NCBI RefSeq assembly: GCF_009914755.1
Contig: NC_060932.1
DNA: 64,000 bases
Source: the human T2T-CHM13v2.0 reference genome, Homo sapiens
Reading direction: 5' to 3' (one strand)
The notes under the pieces are model-generated. The model saw only the letters and a program-made list of their open reading frames with translations. It had not been told where the DNA came from and searched no databases. Every line of letters begins with the position of its first letter. The stretch's first letter is position 1. The position numbers were made by a program, and so were the translations under genes. Below are positions 45,236 to 56,136 of this stretch, piece after piece.

Positions 45236-45940
45236 ACAACATTTCACAGATTCTAAGATGCCTTTTCTTTTTTTCACTTTTCATGTGTCTGAGGTTGGAA
45301 CGCATTTTATCATGGATGGCCTTGCACAGTCACTATTGACCCAGCAAGATCCCAGGTGTCTCTCCCAGTCACTCCAGGAAGATGGTGGTACTATTTGTAC
45401 AGCCCGGACGCTTCTGGCCCCACAACATGCAAGGGCCCTGGGAGAAAGAAGGAATGCTGTCTGAGGATGTTTTCTTGACACCTTCTGGTAAAATCAAGAA
45501 TTCCAGAGAACATCAGCACTAAGCGTGCAGAGCCAGTGTCGGGGTTGGAACTGACTACCGGCGTGCAGGCTTGTACAAACGCTGCATTTTCAATACTCTT
45601 GATGGCAGGAAATAATGACAGGCGGAAAATTATGAATATTCGTGAGTCCGAGATTTAAAAATGTGTAAGAAAAGGCAGATTCTGTGAAGTTTTAGGAATT
45701 CCTTTATCAATGTATTATAAGATATATATATATACACACACATACACTCATATGGAACATATGTATGCAGATACATGCCAACAGAGTTACATTAGAATCT
45801 ACATTTGTGTATGTCTTAAAGAGTTTTTTAAAATGTACAAATCAAGCATGGTCATAACTGTTTCAGCAGCATTTTTCAGTCGTGCGTACAGCTGTGGTGT
45901 ATCTCCCCATCAACGGCTTTTAGATTTAATGGAATAAAAT
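45236..45940. mobile_element. TcMar-Tc2 DNA transposon remnant (Kanga1/MER104-like)
   Basis: Left end atttcacagattctaagatgc...ttttcac, internal gtgaagttttaggaattcc, right end ggcttttagatttaatggaata. Matches my memory of the Kanga/MER104 consensus. Confidence 0.6.
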
Positions 45941-45959
45941 ATTGGATTTAATAGAGTGA

Positions 45960-46318
45960 AGTCTGATGTCTGTGTCCTTCTAAAATTCCTATGTAGAAAT
46001 TCCTACCTGAAAAGGGATGGTATGAGGGGGTGTTAAGGGGTGGGGCCTTTGGGAAGTGATTAGGCCACGGGGGTGGAGCCCTCTCAGATGGGTTTAGTAC
46101 CCCCGTAAATGAGGCCTAAGGGGGCTCATTCACCCCTTCCGCCATGGGAGGATGCAGCAAACAGGCTCCATCTGAGTCAGGAAACCCTCAGCAGACACAG
46201 AGCCTACAGCACCCGGATCTCCAGCTTCCAGCCTCAGAACTGTGGGAAAGGCGCGTCTACTGTTTCACAGGCCCCAGTGGTGGAATTTTTGTTACAAAAT
46301 TCTGGATGGACTAAGACT
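45960..46318 (+). mobile_element. MaLR LTR (MLT1A-like)
   Basis: ggtggggcctttgggaagtgattagg..gggtggagccctc, cttccagcctcagaactgtg, ending in ggactaagac. Confidence 0.85.
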
Positions 46319-46581
46319 TATGGCTTCAGGGTTAACTCATTCTCACATCAAGAAAGTGGTACAGTTATGACAATCTTCATCAATCATAGCCTAAACTACC
46401 CCTGAAGAAATTTAGGGAGGTTTCAGATTGTGTTTTCATCTCAATTAAAATGAGTTTTATCTATCTTCAGGTTTCAGAAATTAAATTTGCATTGTGGACA
46501 AATTCAAGAAAGGCATATTTTAAATGTCTTAAAGTCAAAGTAGATTTTTTTGATCTACCTTTACCATACATCCCACAAATA

Positions 46582-46874
46582 CAGTCATGCACCCCATAAC
46601 AATGCTTGAGTCAACAACAAACCACATATTCTACAGTAGCCCCATATACTACGGTGACCCATACACACACAAACTCAAGCATGGTACATATATGCCGATG
46701 CATGCCAAAGGATGTAGATTAAAATCTACATGGAGACAGAAAAGCAGATGAGTTTGTCTTGAGCACAGTCATACTTAATCCAAACGTAACAATATTCCAA
46801 TTTTACTTAAGAAATTTCACAGATTCTAAGATGCCTAACAACACATTGCTCTGTCATTAAGTGAGGCATGACTG
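46582..46874. mobile_element. Internally deleted Tigger3 (Golem)-type element carrying captured local sequence
   Basis: TA then CAGTCATGC at the left end and GCATGACTG at the right end (9-bp perfect inverted termini). Both subtermini are Tigger3-like. The interior matches 45732-45804 and 45157-45263. Confidence 0.8.
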
Positions 46875-48737
46875 CACGTACTAGCAGGCGAGGAAGACAG
46901 TAAATGTTCAATTAATGTTTGATGATTGACCAAATCAGGTGGGATGGTGGGGGGTGGGGGGTGGAGGATGGGGAACGATTTGTCAGACATTTTGGTGAAT
47001 CCAAGGTTTCACTCAAGTCAAAATAAAAATATTCATAGAGCCCAATGCAAACAAGAAAACACACAGACAACAAAAAACACAGAACGACAATGACAAAATG
47101 GCCAAGCAGGAGAGCCGCACGTGTTCCTGACCTGGCTGCAGCTGTCCCTGAGGCCCGGGCCATCCCGGACCTCACACCGAACCCGAGGTTATGGCCCCCA
47201 ACCTTCCTCAGCCTCTCCTACCCTGACCACACAGTCGCTCGAGAGCCTTTCTTGATAGGAAAAAGAAATGAAAAGCTTAGCTCATTTTAACAGAATCAAA
47301 ATGACCCAGACCTTCACAGGTTTGTATCACAAGAGCTAAATCACATATTATTTGATGATCTTCCTTTATGTCCAGCTTGGGTTAAGTGAAGCATTAATTA
47401 GAGATGAAAATTGTTATTTTTTTAAACATAAATTTACACTAAGTAGGTGAGTCATTTGGTGTCTGAAAAAATAAAACCTAAATAACTCCAACTTCAGACA
47501 CACCAGATAATACTCTTAAACTTCCTTAACTGACTTTTAAAGTCAGTTTTTTCCCATTGGTGCTTCCTACAGCACCAGAGAAATCAGCATCTCTGTAGGA
47601 TCAATGTGTTTGTGTCTGCAGGAGCTCAGATAAAGCCCTGGTTTTAGCTGAATGATTAGTTGTGATACTTTTTAAATGCTCTTTTGGGTATAGAAATGCT
47701 GACTTAGAATTTATGATAACACAGAAATCAGCTTATAGAAATATATGAGAACTATCATATCCAGGAATTAAATGAATCCACTCATAAATAAAAACATATT
47801 GATATCCACCTGTTAAAGGAGAGGAACTTGATATCTTTCTCACCGACAGATAGCAAGACAGGCACATGGAATTTTTATGCTTGCATACACTATGCTTAGG
47901 GAAAACAGGAAACAAACTTCTCTTAAAACGGTTTTATTATTTGTAATTAAGAAGCTTGCAAAATTCTCTCTCCCATTTATTTAAATATCTGAATTATTCT
48001 TGAAGATCGTATGTTACATATTTTCATTTCTTCTTCTGCTTGTTTTTGCATATGTGGCATAAATTGTGAGTAAAACTCTTGAATGGTGTTTCATATCAAA
48101 CACGAATCCTCGTGTCAAGCTCTGAGCAAAGTCGTGAGAGGAGAAAGTATCTCCCAGCAGGATTATTCATTCCTTCTGTTGACGTCATCTACCCATCCAC
48201 GCCAACTCTGGCCGCCCAAGGCCACCAAGCTAATAGCACTCAATGGTGTTCCGCATGTATCCTCCCTATGGACTTACCAACTCCTAACCACCCAACCAGA
48301 GTGGGCCTGTCTCCTGCTTCCCACCCTGCTCTCTGCTCATTGAAAGCTGGCTCTTCTATGCTACTGGCTGGTTTTTACTAAGGCATGCATATGTTTCTCC
48401 TCCCATAATACAGATGTGTATATTCACATGGGCCTTTGGAATATGTCCATCTCCTGTGCAGCCTAGAAGCTCCTCCACATGGCTCTGTCCACCCAAAATG
48501 TATTAGGAGTGACTGATAATTTCAATCAGTTCTCACTTCATCTAGTAACAGCCTTTTCTGAAATTCAATTTCCTCTCAAAAAGAGGCAATGACGCTTCTA
48601 AGATCAAGCAACCTTTCGCCTAGGCAAATGACAAACCTATGCAAGTGACAAATTTCTTCCACCATTGAAAATCGATCCATTGGAAATATTCATCATTCCA
48701 ATCAATAGGGAGCTTGCGTAGGGAAACATGTGTGACT

Positions 48738-48984
48738 GGGCCGAGGCGGGCAGATCATGAGGTCAAGAGATCAAGACCATCCTGGCCAATATGGTGAAAC
48801 CTCATCTGTAACAAAAATACAAAAATTAGCTGGGCGTGATGGTACTCGCCTGTAGTCCCAGCTACTCAGGAGGCTGAGGCACAAGAATTGTTGAACCCAG
48901 GAGGTGGAGGTTGTGGTGAGCCGAGATCATGCCACCGCACTCCAGCCTGGGCAACAGAGCAAGACTTCATCTCAAAAAAAAAAA
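48738..48984 (+). mobile_element. 5'-truncated AluSc
   Basis: gatcatgaggtcaagagatcaagaccatcctggccaa. Confidence 0.9.
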
Positions 48985-50699
48985 CAAATTGTGCTAGTGT
49001 AACCATCCTTAACCAAAAGCAAACGATTATTCAGAGACAAATGTGGGTATTTGGGCTCTAGTGGATTTGGGGTTAAAATTTGGAAGTTTGAAAAAGCTAA
49101 AGGTTTCTCAGAGCCTCTTTTTAAAAGTAAGCTGCATAAGCTGCCATTCTTTATGAGGCCTCGTTTCATTCCCCTTAAACATGGCCTTGAAATTCCGTAT
49201 GTGGGAGAATACATGAATATTGAATCAAAGGTGCATGGCTGGCATATTTTATGAAGATTCCCTACAATCTAACTATAAAGCACCACCAGGAAAAAAAAAG
49301 ATTACTTTTATTCTGGTTGACACAAAATTATGCATTAGAGCTTCCAGTCAAAACAGACATTGTTAGGAAATGTGATAATTTTACTCCAACATTTCCCCTT
49401 GCTTTCAGAATTTTTACAAAGATATGGCTCCAGCAGGCACAATGTGGGTGCTCTTTTCTAATATGATCAACTGAGCAATTCGTAAATTAAAATAAGAAAA
49501 GATGAAATCGCATTTAAACTGCACCACCACCTGGGCTTAATAAAGTTGATATTCCACCTGTTTGAACGCTCAGGAGCACACAATATTTCCATAAACCCCA
49601 GCGATCACAGCATGCTTCTTAGTCACCATGGTATCCAAATCACTTAATAGAGGAATAGCTCTGAACGGCTCTATGACACCGATTGATCCCTCACAAGGCA
49701 AATACGTAGGAGGCGAGTGTGCGCTGGACACCGCGCAGGTGACAAGAACGCGGCTGTAAGGAGGGCTACGGCCCCTATTATGGCCTAGCTTACAGGCGGG
49801 CTGGAAAGGTGGACGTTTCACTGGTAATTAACCAGAATCCCATAGAGGAGCTTGTGGTGGGAAGCCTCTCCTGGTTCAGAGATTAGGAAAGGCCTCTCGG
49901 AGCGGCACTGAAGCTGAGGTATGCAGGAGCAAGTCGTGTGGAAACGGAGGAGATGGTGGGGAAAGCCACGACCAGCGGAACCCTTCAAATGCCCAAAACG
50001 CAGGGCCCTGAGCTTCCTGTGCTCAGCTATCAAGAGGGGCTACTGAACTTGAACCTCAGATGACGTCGGGGCTGGGGGAATGAAGTTGGAGAGAAAGGTG
50101 GGCCCTGAGTTTGAGAGGGTTTCGTAAGCTATGTTAAGGGATCTGGACGTCTTCCCAAGGGCCAATGAAAGATGAGAAATGAATTTAACATAAAGCTATT
50201 ATGGAATGCATAGCTTCCAATGATCATTCTCACAGTTGTGTGAAGACACAGGACTCTCCAGCTGGTCAAATGGGGTACAGAGTGATGACTGAGATGCTGC
50301 CGTCCCTGTCCGAGGGGAGTGACTTTGGGGTGGCAATGGAGATGGCAAGAAGAGACGTGCTTGGAAGCACGTGCAAGAATCAGAGCCTCAACTTAGAGCT
50401 GATTGTCCTTAAAAAGCAGCACCCCACATTAGGCACAGTCTAACCAGAGTGATGAGAAACCAGGCTCCCACCCACACGAGGGTGAGGACAGTAAAGGCTC
50501 CTGACTCAGTATCACGTGAGAAATGCTGACAGAAGAATAGTCCAGGTGGTACCTGGGGAAAACCTTGTTGATTTGGGAGCAAATATGTGTAAAAGCTATC
50601 TACAAATAAAGGCAAAGCTGCCCTATAAAGAGTAATCTTGCTTGGCTTCAAAGAGCAGAACTAGGGTCTCCAGGGAGAAGCGGCGGGGAAGCCAATCTT

Positions 50700-51181
50700 A
50701 CCTCAGCCTGAGAGAGCTTTCTAACAATGGAGGCGGTGAATCAGGCTTCCTCCAGGACCAGGACAGTGTTACCTCAGCCTGAGAGAGCTTTCTAACAGTG
50801 GAGGCGGCAAATCACGCTCCCTCCAGGACAGGGTGACGCCAGCCTGAGAGAGCTTTCCAGCAATCTAGGCTGCGAATCAGGCTTCCTCCAGGACCAGGAC
50901 AGGGTGATGTCAGCCTGAGAGAGCTTTCTAACAATGGAGGTGGCGAATCACGCTTCCTCCAGGTCCAGGATGGGGTTAGGACAGCCTGAAGGAGTTTTCT
51001 AAAAATCGAGGCGGTGAATCAGGCTTCCTCCAGGTCCAGGACAGGGTGACGTCAGCCTGAGAGAGCTTTCTAACAATGGAGGTGGCGAATCACGCTTTCT
51101 CCAGGTCCAGGACAGGGTTACGTCAGCCTGAGGGAGCTCTCTAACAATGGAGGTGGCGCATCAGGCTTCCTCCAGGACAGG
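50700..51181. repeat. ~71 bp minisatellite, 7 copies
   Basis: (t)cagcctgagagagctttctaacaatggagg... at 50703, 50774, 50839, 50910, 50981, 51052 and 51123. Confidence 0.95.
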
Positions 51182-52162
51182 GGTTTGCTCCCCAGGTGCA
51201 GGGGCTCAGGTGAAGAATATGCATGAAGTGGGGAAGTGCAAACATCAGCGAGTATTTGACTTAAAACTTAAAAATTCAGTTCAGAGGGAGGGCAAAATTA
51301 GGCTCTGGGTAGCAGATGCTGGGTGGATTCTAACATAAATCTTTCTAACAGTTTGTGTGCTGGGAACACAAAGAGGAAAAGGCTGTTCAGAAGACACTGG
51401 GGTTCCTAGGTTCATGGAATCCAACGTGAGGATTTCTTACTCCTTTGGATACTAAGTGAAATGGGAGCCATGCTTGAGAATTACAAATAGAAAACACACA
51501 ATGCAGGACACCCTATAAATATTGATTCTTAGGCCAACCAAAACCCCCTGAGGGTGACACTTCCAAAGCAGCCACTGGGCTCACATCAAGTCAGAGCAAA
51601 GAAGAGTCACCCCAGCCCAATGCCCCTGCTGGAGCATCCAGGCCCCAACAGCAAGAGAAGGACTGGATGGCTCGCCCAGGCAGGGGTGTCTTCCAGAGCC
51701 TGTGGCTGCAGCACCCACAAGTGCACTCACCAGGATTTGCACACAGGGTGCCATTTTGTTGTTTGTAGCATCTCAAGCTTCCCTTCTTGTGTTCCTCCCT
51801 TGGGTCAGCAGAACCATCCTTGGACACCAGGGGAGAGGGGCTCTTGCTCTGGGCTCTTGCTTGCAAGCTCCTGTGCTGGTCCTCCTACTGCTCCTACAGG
51901 GCAAAGGCAAGCCCCCACCTGGAAGCTGAGCCCCTTCCATGTACACTGTGTGATTGTGTGTGCTATTCACACACACACCAGCCCCTAGCCCTTATCACCC
52001 AGGTGGCCCACGTCTGACCCAGGCTCACCTGGGCCTCTCCCATGAACCTGGCTTCATCACAGCAGGCCTTAGGCCTAAGAGCTGGCTGGCCTCAGCAATC
52101 TATAGAAAGGTGTGATGGAGCTTGGGCGCATGGTCTTGGATTGGGTGGCTACACTCATACAC

Positions 52163-52178
52163 GGGGGGGGGGGGGGGG
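52163..52178 (+). repeat. Poly-G tract (16 G)
   Basis: Read directly from the sequence. Confidence 0.9.
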
Positions 52179-52307
52179 CCCTGATTGGGGACCTGGTAAT
52201 GGGCAGGATGGGAAAGGGGAAGGTCCCTGCTGGGGGCCCGCCCTCCCCATGCCCCATGGCATGGAACTCTAAGAAAATAAGGATTCTAAATGCAGACCAA
52301 TCTAGTT

Positions 52308-52530
52308 CAGGGGTTGGCAGACTCTGCATACAGCACCCGATAATAGATAGGTTCAGTTTGTGGGCCACACAGCCTCTGTCTCAGCTCCTAACTTGGACTT
52401 GTGGCATGAAAGCAGCCAGCACGTACGTGGCTGAGCATGGGCTCTGCACAAACAGGACCCAGATGTGAGCTGCTGCCCACCAATACCCGTGGTCTGTATT
52501 CCTGCATGTATGTTTGTCAAGCTGAGGGGC
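52308..52530. mobile_element. MER58A-type hAT-Charlie remnant
   Basis: caggggttggca, ttgtgggccacacag.ctctgtc.cagct, gaaagcagcca. Confidence 0.7.
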
Positions 52531-53273
52531 TGGAACACATGCAGCAGTTACTGACTTAGCGATAACTTCTAAAATATTTAGACAAAATACATGGGGGCCT
52601 CCCTGTGTGCCTCTGCCCCGTTTCCCATGGGTCCCAAGGGTGTCCTCGAATCTTAAAGAGCCCAGGCTGGGAGGGCCCAGCAAGTGATCTTCTGCCACGA
52701 GGGCAGCATCCCAGATGAACACGGGGACCATAGAAGAGGCGGAAGCCCCGGAGATGTGGCCGGATGAGAGTAAGAGGGGGATGAGCAGGGCTCTGATACT
52801 AGAACCTAACTTTGACGTGTGAAGAAAATTCTGTATCTCTCCCTCAGAGACATGAGTGACTTCACCTCTGCCTCCTGCTTTGGACGTGACTGTGCTGGTC
52901 TTGGAATGCTCACAGCGGGTCCTCTCCTTCTCTGCCTCTCCACAGCTACCCACACTTGAGGGCCGGGCTTGCTCTGCATTTCCCTGAGGGTCTCACCGAC
53001 ACCACCTCTGCCCGGCTTCTCTGGCTCACTGCAGCTTTGCGGGTTCAAGCTGTCATGCATTGCAGTACCTGATGTGCTATTTCTGGGAGACTCATGGGCG
53101 TGTGTCTTTCCACATGATATAAAGCCCTGTGTGCCCCCTACAGTGACCTTCCTGTCTGTCACCACTGCCCACCCCTGCACCAAGCCCAGGGCCGGGCACC
53201 TCCCAGGCACTCCATAAAGGCTTCCCGGGTTGGCACTGCATCCTCGTGGAAAGGAATGAACTGTGGAACTTAC

Positions 53274-53391
53274 GTCGGCATTGGGACTGTCTACCCTATG
53301 TCCCGCGTCGTCGGGATGAGAAGGGGAAGTCTGGTCGGCAACCAGGAGTTCATTTCTCACCATCCTTTAGGCCAGTGTTAAAATTCTGTTT
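53274..53391 (-). other. Candidate internal exon (118 nt) containing a strong-Kozak ATG
   Basis: Branch-point-like CTGAC plus cttccgtgttttccttgaaacAG| acceptor and GAC|GTAAGT donor. aggATGG with the ATG at 53363. Confidence 0.4.
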
Positions 53392-55071
53392 CTGTTTCAA
53401 GGAAAACACGGAAGGTCAGTGTTTAAACAGATCGCTTTGCCGCTCTCGCTGCTACCTGAGCAGAAAAAACCCATCCCTGCCAGCTTACTTTCTCTGCTGC
53501 ATGAACCCATCTTTTCAATAAGAAAGGCAACGTCTGCCTTCTTCACAACCAAATCCACTCACTGCGTCCACTCAGGGAGAAGGTGGCAAAATATATTCCC
53601 TTAATTGTTAGGATTAATTATTACTCTTTAAATTCACTCCAGTAGCTGGGATCTGGCTGTTAGTCCTAAAGCCCACTTAGCAGTTTTGGTGTTTGTTTGT
53701 TTGTTTGTTTGTTTGTTTTTAGTTGGATTGAGCTGTTCTAATACTCCTTTTTGGGAGCACTCCAGGCACTCCAAACAGCTCACCCTCACTGATAAATGTC
53801 CTCGTGTCAAAAATAATTACCCAGTGCAGATGGAGCCATCAGAAGGAGACTGGGACCCGCCTTCCTGCTGTCCTGGGCCCCAGGGCCCATGGTCCTAAAA
53901 CAACAGCTGAGACAGTGTGTCTTCACCCGGGCAGACAGCCCTCCTGGAAAAGCTGCAGAGACCCCAGAACTGCTCTCCAGACTCATCCTCAACTTCAGAG
54001 CCTGATGATCACAAAGGCGAAGAAAATCAGGGCAGCGCTCTCTCCGCCCTGTGATCTTGAAGACGACACTTCCGTTACAGATGCTTGCACTTGGAAACAG
54101 AAGCATGAGTTGCCTTACCAAGTACACACTGGCTTGCTGCGGGTGTAGTTCATCACGGTTTTCACAGGCCTCGCAGACCGGACCTTTTCCTAAAGCACCT
54201 GATTCAGCCGATGGCAGCTCCCGATTCACGAGGCCAGAGCAGCGTGCCAACCTTCTGCAGGTTCCCCAGGTAGCGGTCAGACACAGCCACTCGGGTAGGG
54301 ATGGACCCGCCTCACCCTGTGGCAGCCCCTTTCTTTCCATCGTTAATGCAGCCCCACTGCACTCAAGGTTGAGAAAACACTCGACAGACGGTTCCCCATA
54401 GCTCCAGTCACAGCCGAATCGAGGCACCTACGTCCTCATTTGCATTCATTGATCCTTCCCTGAGCCCCAGCACCAGCCACTCCCCCTGACACCTGACGCC
54501 GGGGTCTGGGGGGTGCGAGAGGCCTGTTCATGGGCACCCATGTATGTGTGCGTGTGTGCGTGCACACATCCAGAAACACACTCAGGATGCTCCAAACAGA
54601 AAGAAGAGAAGAATGGCTCCAGCAGGTATAAAGGCAAGTGTGCGCTCTCACCTGAGTTCAGGGCAGCAAACTGGGGAGACGGCAGTGATACTGGGTAAGC
54701 GGGCAGGGCATCATAAGAGTCTGTGGAAGAAACTCATAGAAAATCAGAAAAATTGACCATTGATAATTGTCAGTCTCCATCAAAATTGAGCAAAAAACAA
54801 GTAATTTCCCTCTGGCCGTAACCTACTTGGCTAATTTTATCCTCCTTGATATTACATTTACTGTGAGCATATGGATCATCAGAGCCTGGCACCCAGCACC
54901 ATGCCAGGCCCGGGACTGACTCCTGCAGAAGTCGCTGACCTGGCATGAAGTTTCAGAGGCGAACAGGAGCTTTCTCCGCACCCAAAGGAATGGACACTGC
55001 TTTCCATGAAGCATCTGTTTTTCGCACGGTGATGGAGGTGCACCCCATGATGCAGAAGAGGCCACACCTGC

Positions 55072-56136
55072 TGAGATGGTTAATTTCAACCTGTCCACAG
55101 GACTGGGCTAAGAGAGGCCCAGGTTGCTGGCACACCTGAATTTCTGTGAGTGTCTGTGAAGGAGTTTCTGGAAGAGGTGAGCATTAGATTCAGTGGACGG
55201 AGTAAGGACAATCCCCCTCCCCAGAGTGGGCCGACTCCATCCAATTCATTGAGGACTCAGATGGGACAAAAAGGTACCGAAAGAGTAAACTTGTTCCTCC
55301 TCCTGGAGTTGGGGCATCCACCTTCCCCTGGCTCCTCCTCCTGGAGTTGCAACATCCACCTTCCCCTGGTTCCTCTTCCTGGAGTTGGGGCATCCACCTT
55401 CCCTTGGCTCCTCCTCCTGGAGTTGGGGCATCCACCTTCCCCTGGCTCCTCCTCCTGGAGTTGGGGCATCCACCTTCCCCTGGCTCCTCCTCCTGGAGTT
55501 GGGGCATCCACCTTCCCCTGGCTCCTCCTCCTGGAGTTGGGGCATCCACCTTCCCCTGGTTCGTCATCCTGGAGTTGGGGCATCTACCTTCCCCTGGCTC
55601 CTCCTCCTGGAGTTGGGGCATCCACCTTCCCCTGGTTCCTCCTCCTGGAGTTGGGGCATCCGCCTTCCCCTGGCTCCTCCTCCTGGAGTTGGGGCATCCG
55701 CCTTCCCCTGGCTCCTCCTCCTGGAGTTGGGGCATCCACCTTCCCCTGGTTCCTCCTCTTGGAATTGGGACATCCGCCTTCCCCTGGTTCCTCCTCCTGG
55801 AGTTGGGACATCCATCTTCCCCTGGTTCCTCCTGCTGGAGTTGGGACATCCATCTTCCCCTGGTTCCTCCTCCTGGAGTTGGGGTATCCATCTTCCCCTG
55901 GCTCCTCCTCCTGGAGTTGGGGTATCCACCTTCCCCTGATCGTGGACACTGGCCCCTAGTGCTCAGGTCTGCAGTTTGGGGAATTATACCAGCGACATTC
56001 CAGGGTCCCCACCGTACAGACTGTGGGACTTCTCAGCCACGGTGATCGCATAAGCCAATTCCCATAATAAACCTCCTTCTATGTCTCAGTATTTGTCCTA
56101 ATGGCTCTATTTCTCTGGAAAACCCTGACTAGTACA
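55072..56136 (+). mobile_element. Solo ERVL LTR (MLT2B/MLT2D-like) expanded by an internal VNTR
   Basis: tgagatggttaattt..., gtgtctgtgaaggagtttctggaagag, gtgggacttctcagcc, ending in tttctctggaaaaccctgactagtaca. Confidence 0.88.
55293..55938. repeat. 38 bp VNTR, ~17 copies
   Basis: Consensus cctcctcctggagttggggcatccaccttcccctgg(c/t)t. Confidence 0.97.

Noticed and set aside
53807-54427. 206-aa and neighbouring long ORFs in the GC-rich 51.5-54.5 kb zone (also 7054-7656 and 41.2-41.9 kb)
   Set aside because: Overlapping ORFs on both strands, many with non-ATG starts and no recognisable domains; expected from GC content.
55150-56045. Multiple overlapping 100-270 aa ORFs
   Set aside because: Artefact of a stop-free 38 bp unit inside an LTR.
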